A DNA stretch of 64,000 bases from Mobula hypostoma. Its lineage: Eukaryota. Shown here in pieces: positions 37,430 to 50,418 of the stretch. Below the pieces are notes generated by a model. The model was not told the origin of the DNA. It was given only the letters and a program-made list of their open reading frames with translations, and did no database searches. The stretch is from the NCBI RefSeq assembly GCF_963921235.1, contig NC_086097.1, positions 113,214,001 through 113,278,000 on the forward strand, written 5' to 3'. Numbering within the stretch: the stretch's first letter is position 1; every line of letters begins with the position of its first letter. The position numbers were made by a program, and so were the translations under genes.

Positions 37430-38655
37430 ACAAAAATAAATACATTCTGCAAACAAAAGTAAGTGGTTTTCATGGATCATTCGGAATTCTGATGGTGGAG
37501 GGGAAGAAACTATTTCATAATTATTGAGTGTTGGTCTTTAGGCTCCTGTACCTCCTCTCTGATGGTAGTAACAAGAAGAGGGCATGTTCCAGATGGTAAG
37601 ATTCCTTGGAGATAGATGCTGGCTTTTGGAGGCACAGACCTTCAAAGTTCATATATTATCAAAGTATGCTATACATTATACAACCTTCAGATTTGTCTCC
37701 TTACAGCAGCCATAAAACAAAGAAACCCAAAAGAACCCATTATAAAAGACTGTCAAACACTGAATGTGCAGAGAAAAAAAGGTCATACAAACAATAAACA
37801 CAAGAAAATTGCATTCAGAACTGAAATCTACAATGAGTCCACAGACTCTTAGTTCAGTGCAGAGCTGAGTAAACTTCACGGAGCAGCAAGTTGAACTGGC
37901 CCATCCCTCGCCTCGGGTCTTGATACCCTGACCTTTTCAATCTGGCCCCGCGCTTAATTTGTCCAAACATTGGGGTCAGTTGCTTCGATACACTCTGGGA
38001 CCTGGACCCTGCTGCCTCATCTCAGCCTGTAGCCGATCTTGAAGATGTCTTTAACGGTGGAGAGGGTTGTGTCCTTGATGGAGCTGAATGAGTCTATCAC
38101 CCTCTGTAGCCTCTTGCAATCTGCATATCAGAGCCCCCATACCAGTCTGCCATACACCTATAGAAATTTGTAAGAGTCTTTGGTCACATACCAAATTTTT
38201 TACAACTACCAAAAAAGTAGAGCTACTGATGTGTTTTGTTCATGATTGCATCGAAGTGTTGGGTGAAGAATAGATCTTCAGAGACGTTGATGCCCAGAAA
38301 CTTGAAGCTGCTCACCCTTTCCACCACTGGCCCCTGAATAGGGACTGGAGTATGTTCTCCTGACTTTCACTTCTTGACACCCACGATCAATTCCTTGCTG
38401 ATGTTGAATGAAAGGGTGCTGTTGCAGAGCACTCATCCAGCCGATCTACCTCACTCTTCTATATCTCATCAACACCACCAGCCAACAACAATGGTGTCAC
38501 TGGAAAACTTATAGATGGCATTTGAGCTGTGACTGGCTACACAATCACACATGTAGAGACAATAGAGCAGTGACCTGTGTTGATTGTCAGTGGGGAATCC
38601 AGACTGACTGTGGTCTCCCGATGAGGAAATCAGATCCAGTTGCAGGGAGAACATT
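37430..38655 (-). mobile_element. Decayed Rex1/Babar fragments with a nested Rex-tail retroposon
   Basis: Peptide DCVASHSSNAIYKFSSDTIVVG. An inverted Rex-type tail lies near 37645-37800. Confidence 0.65.
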
Positions 38656-38879
38656 TATGCTATATATTACTTCTCTATACCAAAGAGCTATTTATTAATC
38701 TGATTTTTTACTTTATTTTCTTTCGTAAAGTCAAAATGTTCCTCCTTAGCAATGCAATCAATCTGTCTTTACAGCTGACATACAAATAATTTGTGGGAGA
38801 AACATGGGTGTCCTTGTAATTATATACGACAAAGAATAGAGCATTCAAATTTTCCCACTCAAATTCCACATTCAAAACC

Positions 38880-38897
38880 TTAAACCCAGATACATAT
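38880..38897 (-). CDS. Candidate very short alternative terminal exon (ICIWV*)
   Basis: Strong acceptor gtttttctttgcag|. Phase-0 reading ATA TGT ATC TGG GTT TAA, with minus-strand AATAAA at 38712-38717. Confidence 0.25.
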   Translation of the reverse strand: MCIWV

Positions 38898-39084
38898 CTG
38901 CAAAGAAAAACCTGAGGATATTTATGCATGGACACATATTGAATTCAAGAAATTTGCTGTAGAATTCCAGTTGTGCAAATAGACAAGGGTAAAATTAAAA
39001 TTAATGACCAGACAAAAAAAAATTCTCTTATGTATTTTAGACTCTGCAATCTGAAACAGGAAGTTGATTCTCAATTATTTATTT

Positions 39085-39355
39085 TATTTATTGAGATACA
39101 GCATGGAAAAGGCCCTTCCAGCCCTTCAAGCCGAGCTGACCACCAACCCTCGATTTAACCCGAGCCTAATCTCCGGACAATTTACAATTAACCTACTAAC
39201 CGGTACACCTTTGGACTGTGGGAGGAAACCGGAGCACCTGGAGGAAACCCATGCGGTCACGGGGAGAACGTACAAACTTCTTACAGGCAGCAGCAGAAAT
39301 TGAACCCAGGTCACTGGTACTGTAAAGCATTGTGCTAACTACTATGATAGTGTGC
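39085..39355 (-). mobile_element. HE1-like V-SINE
   Basis: V-domain GTTTGTACGTTCTCCCCGTGACCGCATGGGTTTCCTCCAGGTGCTCCGGTTTCCTCCCACAGTCCAAAG. Confidence 0.85.
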
Positions 39356-39569
39356 TAAGTTATTAAGCCAGAATGACTCAGAGCTAAGTTGAAATTTCAG
39401 AGCTGAGAAACTAAAACATTCCCAATTAGGAGATTTTACAACCAGCATGATAAAAACTTAAATCAAATCCACAGAGACAACTATTAAATATTTTGTTTTA
39501 ATATTCTAATTTAAAATGAAGATTACCCATATTCAACAAAAGCCAACACTGCCAACAGTTTAGTAACTA

Positions 39570-41168
39570 ATCTTAGTATCTGAAGATAACGTGCAGACTG
39601 CCTTCAAGAGAGTGAATCCAAGGAAAGCATTGAGCCCAGATGGAGTACCTGGCTGAGCACTGAAGACTTGTGCCAACCAGCTGGCCAGTGTATTCATGGA
39701 TATCTTCAACCTCTCACTCCGGCAGCGTGTGGTACCCATTTGCTTCAAGCAGGCTTCAATTGTACCAGTGCACGAGAAGAGCATGGTGACGTTTCTAAAT
39801 GACTGTCGCCCAGTGGCACTTACTTCCTCAGAGATGAAGTTGTTTGAGAGGCTGCTGTTGAAGCACATCAGCTCCTGTCTGAATGGCGACTTGGATCCGC
39901 TCCAATTTGCCTACCGGAGCAACAGGTCTACAGCAGATGCTATCTCATTGGCTCTTCACACAACTCTGGAGCATCTGGGCAGCAAAGATGCATACATCAG
40001 GATGTTCTTTATCGATTACAGCGCAGCACTGAGCACTGTAAACTCTTCAAAACTAATCAGTAAACTCCAAGACCAGGGCCTCAATATCCCCTTGTGCAAC
40101 TGGATCCTGGGTTTCCTCACTTGTAGACCCCAGTCAGTTTGGATTGGCAAAAATATCTCCTCCACAGTCTCCATCAGTACAAGAGCACTGCAGGGATGTG
40201 TACTTAGCCCTCTGTTCTGCTTACTTTACACCTGTAACTGTGTGGCTAAGTACAGCTCCAACACCATGTACAAGTTTGCTGATGGCTCCACTGTTCTGGA
40301 TTGTATCAAAGGTGGTGATGAATCAGCATACAGGAGGGAGACTGAAAACTTGGCTGAGTGGTGTCATAACAGCAACCTCTCACTCAATGTCAATAAGTCC
40401 AAGGAACTGACTGTGCACTTCAGGAGAGGGAAACCAGAGGTCCATGATCCAGTAATCATCAGAGGATCAGAAGTGGAGAGGGTCAGCAACTTTATATTTC
40501 TGGGTGTCACTATCTCAGAGGACCTGTCCTGGACCCGATATATAAATATTATTGTGAAGAAAGCACAACAGCGTCTCTACTTCCTACTTCCTCAGGAGTC
40601 TGCAGAGGTTTGGCATGCCATCGGAAATCTTAGCAAACATCTATAGATGTGTGGTGACTGGCTGGATTACGGCCTGGTATGGGAACACCAATCCTTCTGA
40701 GCGGAAAATCCTACAAAAGATAATGGATTTGGCCCAGTACATCACAGATAAAACCCAGCCCACCATTGAGCACATCTACGTAAAATGTTGCCATAGAAAA
40801 ACAGCATCAATAATCAAAGATCACCACCCAGGCCATGCTCTTTTCTCACTGCTGCCATCAGGTCAAAGGTACAGACGCCTCAGGATTTGCACTACCAGGT
40901 TCAAGAACAGTTACTACCCCTCAACCATCAGGCTCCTGAACAAAAGGGGATAGCTACATTCATTTAAGGACTCTGTTATATTGTTATATCATGCTTATTA
41001 TTTATTGTTACATTTACACAGTTTGTTTACAGTTTATAGTTCCTGATGTTTATAATTTATACTTACTATTCTATAGATTTGTTAAGTATGCCCACAGAAG
41101 AAGAACCTCAGGATTGTATGTGGTGACATGTATGTATTCTGAGTATAAATGTTACTTTGAACTTTGAG
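39570..41168 (+). mobile_element. 5'-truncated Rex1/Babar LINE (RT domain)
   Basis: Motifs ASIVPV..LNDCRPVALTS, LDPLQFAYRSNRSTADA, QGCVLSPL, KFADG and RFKNSYYPSTIRLLN. Confidence 0.93.
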
Positions 41169-41553
41169 CTTCTGAGGATCATAGACGTTTGTGCTTTTGA
41201 CTGGTTAATGTTCACCAGGGTAACCAGATCATTAATTTTGTCGTTCCTCAATACTATGTAAGCATACCACATGATTTGGTCTATAAACAAACAGGAAGCA
41301 GTTCACGATAATCATCCTCTGTGGGAAGTTTAATGCTTTACTAATATTTGCCTGAATGACGGAATGAGTCAGTGCTCCGTGCTAAGCAAAATTGTTAACT
41401 CCCATATAGAACAAACAATGAAACCTGTCTTTCTGGTCAACTTGAATTCTTCAACGGGCATTATTTTGCTTAGCAATTTAACAAAAAAGATATCAATTGT
41501 TCAACCAGCCTTATTAAATTTTGCCATAGCATCAAATAAAAAATGGCTATTTA

Positions 41554-42715
41554 TGTCATGGTCCGGTCCATGAAATCCGCATTCCGGTTCACGGTCCAGT
41601 CTATGGACTCAGGACTCCAGGTCGTCCAGCTGTCCCTTGTTTTGGTTGAGTTAATCATAGGCACCTGATTCCCATCTTGGGGCTTGGAATATAAGTAGCC
41701 TTGGGGTTGAGTGTGAGCTGCTGGTTTGTCTTGTCAAGGTCCCCTGGGAGCAACCTGCCTGTGGAAGGCTAGAGTGGCCACTTGCCATCTTTAGGCTGTG
41801 TTGGGGAACCATCCCCTCATGGAGCCTTGCTATCGGTAGTTGGAGTTGCCTTTGTGGTATGGATTCGGCTGTTTCCTGGGCCAGCTGAGTGGCCGTCAGC
41901 CACTCTGAGCTAGGTAGGGATCCGGCTGTTTCTGTAGCCAGCTGAGGTTGCTGACTGAACTGCAACTCGAAGCAACCCTGATGCAGAGATGGAACTGTTT
42001 GTTGTTCTTCGGTGTTTGTCTCTTCTTGTCCTCGCCTCTGCGGGGTAAGTCAGGCCGTTCTGCTGTTGCCCTGCGGGGGGGATCTGTTTTGTCCTCACTT
42101 CTGTGGGGTAAGTCAGGCTGTTCTGCCATTGCCCTGCAGGGAGTCCTGCCTTGTCTTGTCTTTGCCTCTGTTGAGTAAGTCTGGCTGTTCTGCTGTAACC
42201 TGATGGATGCACCTGTCCCACCTTGGTGTGGAGATAAAGTTGAGCCCTGGCTTGTCTAAGGATAAGTCCTGACTCTATGTTGATGTGCAGTTCCCAGTCT
42301 GTCTCCGAGCTCCAGCCTCTGAGTTATCAGCTTCCACGTCCCAAGAGCCAAGACCCCAGCCTGTCTCCAAGTTCAAGAGCCAAGACCCCAGCCTGTCTCC
42401 AAGTTCAAGAGCCAAGACCCCAGCCACGTCCTGTCCTGTAGCCATGTCACATCCTTGCCTGGTTCTGGGGTCTGAGCCCGAGGCAAAACACAGATTCTGG
42501 GTCCTTGTCCAGTCTCTGGCTCAGACTCCAAGCACAGGCTCCTAGTTCATAGTTCCTTGTCCGAGTTTCCTGTCTAGTCCATGTCCTGGCCCTAGTCTGC
42601 GTTCTTGTCCCTGCTCCTTGTCTGTATCCTTTCACGTCTCTACCCTCGTCAAGTCCTGCTCCTTGTACTTCTGTGTCTGGCATTTGGGTCTGCCATCAAT
42701 GCCTCCTCTGTGACA
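41554..42715. mobile_element. Solo LTR (1162 bp) with internal tandem repeats
   Basis: TGTCA...TGACA termini and a perfect 5-bp TSD ATTTA (41549-53, 42716-20). Confidence 0.85.
42342..42425 (+). repeat. 32-bp tandem repeat, about 2.6 copies
   Basis: CAAGAGCCAAGACCCCAGCCTGTCTCCAAGTT repeated. Confidence 0.9.
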
Positions 42716-42859
42716 ATTTATTGGTAATCAAACCTGCATATGTGCAAATTTCCACTAGAAGGATCAAAAAGTTGCAGAAAGTATGTTGTCAGCTGCCTGC
42801 AAAACATCGCCATACATCACTAGTGCCAGCCTGACTGAATTCGTCCACCACAGGAAGGA

Positions 42860-43310
42860 ATTCGTCCATCACAGGAAAAGCCCTCCCCACCAATGAGCCC
42901 ATCTACAAGAAGCACTGCCGTATCCATCATCAAGAACCCCACCATTCAGGCCAAGCTCTCTTCTCACTGCTGCCATCGGGAAGCAGGTACAGGAGCCTGA
43001 GGTCCCACACCACAAGGTTCAGGAAAAGTTATTACCCTTCAACCATCAGGCTCCTGAACCAGCATGGATAACTTCATTCACCTCAACTGATCACTGAACA
43101 CAACCTATGGACTCGTTTTCAAAGACTCTACCACTCGTGTTCTCATTTTGCACATAAGTTGTTTGCCAATTTCCCTTTGTGCGTAGTAGTTTTAATGATC
43201 CTAATGTATTTCTTTGTTCTACTGGTGAATGCCTGCAAGAAATTGAATCGTAGGGTAGTATATGGTGACATATACATACTTCCGTTATAAATTTAACTTG
43301 AAATTTGAAA
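42860..43310 (+). mobile_element. Rex1/Babar 3' fragment
   Basis: Homologous to 40730-41168 and 29410-29920. Confidence 0.8.
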
Positions 43311-43929
43311 GTACGTTGTGAAAAGAGACAATAAACTGGGTAGTAGCTAAGGGAAAAACCCAAGCTATTCCCGTTTGAGAGGATCAAAACAGCAGTGAAG
43401 AACTGGGATGTTAAATTTTAAAGAGAGAGGTAATCAGTAGCTGACAATATGTTACTGGGTACAGGCAGATAATCATGGCCTCCTTACCAATCCAAAAAAG
43501 TGCCTAGTATAGTTATACATGAAGTATCAATTCAACAGGAATCACAGAACAAAAGCAGGCCTTGTCCAATAGATTGACACTTGTTCTCCTTCCCTCTCGT
43601 GTGATGTCATCAAAAATACCTTTTCTCACTCATACCCAGAATAAAATAAAACTCTATTCTACTCATACCTCAGTCAAACTACAACTTTATTTATTATATT
43701 TGTAATCAGGCTACCATCAACTTCAGTAACACCACTGGCAGCCTAACTTAAAAATCCTCCAAGAATTGAGACTGGTAGGCTTTGAGTATATGGTGGATGG
43801 TGGAATAAAAAGTATCGCCCATTGTCCAATTTTTCTGCTTCCACAGTGAGCCAATGAATGAAAATTGCCCCCATGAATCTTATCACCCTCATAACAAAAT
43901 TGTGTCAGATCTATGTATGCACCTGGCAT

Positions 43930-44392
43930 CGGAATGATCCCGGGAGTTGAATGGCTGATGAATGAGATGTGTTTGATGGTTCTGGGCCTATACTTGCTGG
44001 AGTTTAGAAGAATGGGGGGGGGGGGGTGATCTCATTGAAACCTACAGAATATTGAAAGGACGAGAGAGCGAGGGTGTGGAGAGGATGCTTCAGATAGTGG
44101 AGAGTGTAGAACCAGAAGGCACAGCTTTAGAACAGAAAGTTGTCCCTTTAGAACAGAGATGAGGAGGAATTCTTTCAGCAGAGGATGGTGAATATGTGGA
44201 ATTAATTGCCAGAGACAGCTGCGGGGGCCAGGTCATAGGGTATATTTAAAGCAGAGGTCGATAGGTTCAAGTATAGTAAGGGTATCAAAGGTTATGGGGA
44301 GAAAACAGAAGAATAGGGTTGAGAAGGAAAATAAATCAGCCATGAACAAATGGTGCAGACTCAATGGGCTGAATGGCCTGGTTATGCCCCTA
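43930..44392 (+). mobile_element. CR1 3' fragment
   Basis: GLYLLEFRRM..GDLIE-like sequence plus a CR1 tail. Confidence 0.8.
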
Positions 44393-45171
44393 CGAGCTGC
44401 ACATATACACTCAAGAATAAAAATCCAGTCTTTAATCTCATTACAAGCAAGTTAGTTCAGGCAATTTCAAGTTAATTATCATTCACCATAGATGAATACA
44501 GCCAAATGAAACACTATTCCTCGGAATCCAAGGTGTAAAACACATTACCACCACCACAAAGCACGTAGCACATATAGCACATATGGTTATAACAGCAGAA
44601 AAGTATGCAGTCACAAATAAATATATAGCCCAAGTCCCTGAGTGGCATGGCCTGTAGATGAATGTTGTCCCGGTCCAGCTTGTTCTTCTACCAAGCGAAC
44701 ACTGGAGGACTGTACTGATGGGACACCTGAGCCTCCAACATAGTACAGATTTCTGCGTATGCACAGAGACCTCAGCTCCCTCGACACCAGCTCCAACATC
44801 TCCTCCCCTGGACAGCTGTAACTGGTGACACTGTGATGTGAGATCCTAGTCTGTACCTCATCAAGGCAACACAACTCCACCACTATCAGTTTCACCAATG
44901 AACCATTGAACCCAACTTGCAGTATTCTACATTACCAATGTTCAACAGGGTTCTGTAATCACAAGAAAAAAGTCCAAGACAATCATTTGCTCTGCCTGTT
45001 GGATCGTGCACTGCCTCACAACAAGTCCAGGTGACAAGACAAAAACAGTACACAGTAAGTCCAGCTCCATCACCATCGAGCAACTCGCTGATGGGATAGA
45101 CCCGCAGTACTTGATGCCCTTAATATCCAGCAGTGTCTTGTGATCATAAAACAGAAGTAAAAGACAAACAA

Positions 45172-46943
45172 CAGGAATTCTGCAGATGCTGGAAATTCAA
45201 GCAACACACATAAAAGTTGCTGGTGAACGCAGCAGGCCAGGCAGCATCTCTAGGAAGAGGTGCAGTCGACGTTTCAGGCCGAGACCCTTTGTCAGGACTA
45301 ACTGAAGGAAGAGTGAGTAAGGGATTTGAAAGTCGGAGGGGGAGGGGGAGATCCAAAATGATAGGAGAAGACAGGAGGGGGAGGGATAGAGCCAAGAGCT
45401 GGACAGGTGATAGGCAAAAGGGATATGAGAGGATCATGGGACAGGAGGTCCGGGAAGAAAGACAAGGGTAGGGGGAACCCAGAGGATGGGCAAGGGGTAT
45501 ATTCAGAGGGACAGTGGGAGAAAAAGGAGAGTGAGAGAAAGAATGTGTGTATAAAAATAAGTAACAGATGGGGTACGAGGGGGAGGTGGGGCATTAGCGG
45601 AAGTTAGAGAAGTCGATGTTCATGCCATCAGGTTGGAGGCTACCCAGACGGAATATAAGGTGTTGTTCCTCCAACCTGAGTGTGGCTTCATCTTTATAGT
45701 AGAGGATGCCGTGGATAGACATGTCAGAATGGGAATGGGATGTGGAATTAAAATGTGTGGCCACTGGGAGATCCTGCTTTCTCTGGCGGACAGAGCGTAG
45801 GTGTTCAGCAAAGCGGTCTCCCAGTCTGCGTCGGGTCTCGCCAATATATAAAAGGCCACATCGGGAGCACCGGACGCAGTATATCAACCCAGCCGACTCA
45901 CAGGTGAAGTGTTGCCTCACCTGGAAGGACTGTTTGGGGCCCTGAATGGTGGTAAGGGAGGAAGTGTAAGGGCATGTGTAGCACTTGTTCCGCTTACACG
46001 GATAAGTGCCAGGAGGGAGATCAGTGGGGAGGGATGGGGGGGGACGAATGGACAACGGAGTTGCGTAGGGAGCGATCCCTGCGGAACGCAGAGAGAGTAG
46101 GGGAGGGAAAGATGTGCTTAGTGGTGGGATCCCGTTGGAGGTGGCGGAAGTTACGGAGAATAATATGTTGGACCCGGAGGCTGGTGGGGTGGTAGGTGAG
46201 GACCAGGGGAACCCTATTCCTAGTGGGGTGGCGGGAGGATGGAGTGAGAGCAGATGTACGTGAAATGGGGGAGATGCGTTTAAGAGCAAAGTTGATAGTG
46301 GAGGAAGGGAAGCCCCTTTCTTTAAAAAAGGAAGACATCTCCCTCGTCCTAGAATGAAAAGCCTCATCCTGAGAGCAGATGCGGCAGAGACGGAGGAATT
46401 GCGAGAAGGGGATGGCGTTTTTGCAAGAGACAGGGTGAGAAGAGGAATAGTCCAGATAGCTGTGAGAGTCAGTAGGCTTATAGTAGACATCAGTGGATAA
46501 GCTGTCTCCAGAGACAGAGACAGAACGATCTAGAAAGGGGAGGGAGGTTTCGGAAATGGACCAGGTAAACTTGAGGGCAGGGTGAAAGTTGGAGGCAAAG
46601 TTAATAAAGTCAATGAGCCCTGCATGCGTGCAGGAAGCAGCGCCAATGCAGTCATCGATGTAGCGAAGGAAAAGTGGGGGACAGATACCAGAATAGGCAC
46701 GGAACATAGATTGTTCCACAAAGCCAACAAAAAGGCAGGCATAGCTGGGACCCATACGGGTGCCCATAGCTACACCTTTAGTTTGGAGGAAGTGGGAGGA
46801 GCCAAAGGAGAAATTATTAAGAGTAAGGACTAATTCCGCTAGACGGAGCAGAGTGGTGGTAGAGGGGAACTGATTAGGTCTGGAATCCAAAAAGGAGCGT
46901 AGAGCTTTGAGACCTTGCTGATGGGGGATGGAAGTATATAGGG
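45172..46943 (-). mobile_element. 5'-truncated Penelope-like element (RT C-terminal half, GIY-YIG endonuclease, pLTR)
   Basis: Motifs SLYTSIP, GVAMGTRMGPSYA, LRYIDD, LPFLD, VYYKPTD and LIYCVRCSRCGLLYIGET. 12-bp duplication AAAGACAAACAA at 45160-71 and 46944-55, partly overlapping the element end. Confidence 0.95.
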
Positions 46944-46959
46944 AAAGACAAACAATTAC

Positions 46960-47007
46960 TCTTTTGGTTGGACCCTGAAAGGCTGCTGCATCTGAATGCA
47001 CCGCTAG
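46960..47007 (-). CDS. Candidate 48-nt internal host exon (LAVHSDAAAFQGPTKR)
   Basis: Acceptor ttattttcctttttacgataag| and donor AGA|gtaatt. A GC-richer island in AT-rich flanks, phase 0-0. Confidence 0.6.
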
Positions 47008-47376
47008 CTTATCGTAAAAAGGAAAATAACTAAATTTTGTTATTAATAAACTTAAAAACAATTCACATTAGGTCAAGCTACTCAGTGATTGCATACACAA
47101 ATAGGTGTAACAAATCACAGATAAAGAAAGCACCCATATGAAAAAGAAAATAGATTACAAAAAGACAAAATGTACATTAAAGAATCTTATCAACAATTCT
47201 GTTTTTCTATTACAAACAGGCAGTGATGATGAAACTTTAATGCTCAGTTTTATATGCCAGCTTAATAATAGTGTTGTTATAAAAGATATGTGTGACATTT
47301 ACTCTTAAAAGCCTTATTTTCAATATTAGAAACAGATGAAACGATTTCCTGCCTAAGTGCATCAACATCTAGACTC

Positions 47377-47900
47377 AGTGGCCACTTACTAGGTACCTGC
47401 TGTACCTGATAAAGTGGTCACTTAGTGTGTTTGCAGTCTTTTGCTGTTGTAGCCCATCCACTTTAAAATTTGATGTGCTGTGCATTCTGAGATGCTCTTC
47501 TGCACACCACTATGGTAATAATACATGGCTACATCAGTTACTGTTGCCTTCCCGTCAGCTTGACCCAGTCTAGCCATTCTCCTGACCTCTCTCATTAACA
47601 AGGCATTTTGCCCACAGAACTGCCATCCACTGGATGTTTTTTTTGTTTTTAGCACTATCCTCTGTAAATTCTCGAGATTGTTGTGTGTGAAGATCCTAGG
47701 TCAGCACTTTCCGAGATACTCAAAACAACCCATCTGGCACCGACGATCATTCTACAGTCAAAGTCACTTAGATCACACTTCATCCCCATTCTAATGTTTA
47801 GTCTGAAGAGTGACTGAACCTCTTGACCGTGTCTGTATGTTTTTATCCATGGAGTTGGTGCCACGTGATTGGCTGATTAGATATTTGTATTAACAAGCAG
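47377..47900 (-). mobile_element. Non-autonomous Tc1-like element (family of 19158-19723)
   Basis: CAGTGGCCACTTACTAGGTAC end and the peptide MIVGARWVVLSISESADL. Confidence 0.8.
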
Positions 47901-49077
47901 GAGTGCAAAAGGTGGCCCAGCTCCAGACATTTGATTACTTATTTTCTAATGATTTTGGCAACAAATTGCAGGAAGTTTACCTCACCAATCATTTTGTTTG
48001 CTTTGTACAATCTGCACTTTTGCTCTTTCCTGAATATCTAATTTTAATCTGCTAAGTGCAGATCTGAAGCATGTGTTTAGTTGGCATTGCACCAATGTAA
48101 AACACCAATCTGTGAAAAACAAAATGCTTGCTGGAAGCAATGTTTTCAATATATTACTCACAAATCTCATGGTGTTGCACACAATGTATCACAAATTACA
48201 TTGTACAGGGACTACAGAAATAGAGTGGTGTATGTTTCCAAAGAAGTCTGTTCAGTTACCATTAAACCCAACTTTCAAACCCCTTCCAGTATCTAGATGT
48301 CAAAAATCACAAGTGCAATAAAATACTTGGCGGGACGAGTGCAGTTACAAACAACATTACAGAAACTCAACATCAACAAAACAGTCCATTTGATTGAAAT
48401 TCCTTACGCCACATTAAACATTCACTTCCTGTATTACTGATGAACTATAGTGCCTGGTAATAGTAATCGAGGCAAAATTCTATTAGAACGGAACTTTCTG
48501 AACCAAGCCAACACTTTGAGAAATTCAATCTTCTTTTATACCTGCCCTCACAGTAAATGCAATGAGTTAAGACCGGAAGACACGACAGAAGAAATGGGCC
48601 ATTCAGCCTATCGATTCTGCTTCGCCATTTCATCATGGCAGATCACCTCCCCTCTCAATCCCATTCTCCTGCCGTCTCCCTTCATAATCTTGCTATTGTT
48701 GAGAATGTCACATTGGGAACACAGCACACACCCACTCCACCCAGTACTGCAGGGAACTTGTATATGTCCATGTTTTCACGTTAGATCCTCATGCAGATTC
48801 TTCAAACCTGTTTCCTTCTCCCTCTCCTCTTCCAGTCAGTTGCCTGCTGTTCATCCCAAAGATCTCCTGTGTTCAAGTGATCACTTCTTTGCTCTCTTCT
48901 TTCAGCTACATTTGTTCCAATTGCCTGGTAGGTACTTGAGAGAAACTACCTGACAATAAGGCATCATGGCAGTATCAGGGTACAGACCATTGACTAGTGT
49001 CACCCAGAGCCTGAGGACACATTGCTCACTACAAAATTGAATCTAGGGTAGAATCTAGCTAGGTTCTACTTGATGGC

Positions 49078-49701
49078 AGGGATGAGAAGATGGCGGCGCG
49101 CATAGCCTCTCCGGTGAAATGATATCATATTTGTAAGTAGGATGCCGTGCAAAATCCTGATTTGCTGGAGACAGCCGTGAGAGCATGGAGGAACATCTGA
49201 AGTAACTTCTGAAATGTCCGGTTCACTGCCACTGCTACTGTGCGATCGAGAATCTCCAGAAGGAAGGCCCCAAAATCCTTGGCTTTTCCTGCTGCTGGCA
49301 ACCAGGGCTGGGGTTGAAGCGATCGGCAGAGATGGTGCTTGGTACTCGGTGTTGGAGGGCTGGTCGGATCTTGAAGTTTTCGGATGACTCACAGTCGGAC
49401 TGTGGTCGGTATGGCAGGGAGAGTTTTCTTCCTTCTCCTGTCTGCGTGAGATGTGGGACTTTCGAGAGACTTTGAACATTTTACCATGCTCATGGCCTGT
49501 TCTTCATCAAGTTACGGTATTGCTTGCACTGTTATAACTATATGTTATAATTATGTGGCTTTTGTCAGTTTTTCAGTCTTGGTCTGTCCTGTGTTTCTGC
49601 GATATCACACTGGAGGAATAGTGTATCATTTCTTAATGCATGCATTACTAAATGACAATAAAAGAGGACTGCGTGTCCTCATAAACTAATCTAATCTAAT
49701 C
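49078..49701 (+). mobile_element. Non-coding retroposon with an AAGATGGCGGCG head and a (CTAAT)n tail
   Basis: YY1-like AAGATGGCGG 5' motif, AATAAA before a microsatellite tail, and no credible ORF. Confidence 0.6.
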
Positions 49702-50418
49702 ACTTCTTTGAATAATACCATCTCTAGGATGCACACTAGTGAATTGTAAAGGTATTGTTCAACACAAGAAAGTCTGCAGATGCTGGAAATCCAAAGCAAC
49801 GCCTACAAAATGCTGGAGGAACTCAGAAGGATTGGCAGTATCTACAGAGATAAATATTCAACATTTTGGGTCAAGACTCTTCAGTTTAACTCAAATCAAC
49901 AGATTTACCATCAAAAATGATAAGTTTCCCTCCATGCCATATAATATCACAACCTGGAAATATATTGCTGAATGTTGAGTCAAGATCCTGGAAACCCTCA
50001 CTTAGTTTCAGTGCGCAGGAATCTTTAGCACATGGACTGAGGAGATCCAAAAAAAAGGCAACTCAGCATCGCCTTCACAGGGGCTATTACAAATGGCAGT
50101 AAGTGCTAGTCTGTACACCAATGGCCAGCATTGCTCACTAACATAAACATAGTGGAACAAAGTATTTTATTTTGTCTGACTCTTGGAAGTACAAACCATC
50201 AGCATCAGGAGTAAATCTTCAAGGATCCCTCAGTTCTACCTAATCTCAGAGAATACTTCCCTTGTCCTGGATTGACATTTTTCCTTATTTTCTTCTTTAT
50301 GTCCTGAGAGTGAGATTCCCAACTGGTACTGAACTGGAGGAAGGAGCTGATGCCCACTAAGGTTAATAATGTTTGTGCAAATTTCACGTGGGTCCATCAC
50401 AGCCAGTAAACAAGAAGC

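Noticed and set aside
42837..42878. 21-bp tandem duplication
   Set aside because: Small junction duplication at the 5' end of a Rex fragment, with no further significance evident.
50205..50387. 60-aa ORF with a signal-peptide-like start
   Set aside because: Non-ATG start, no splice or homology support, and it lies among decayed repeats.
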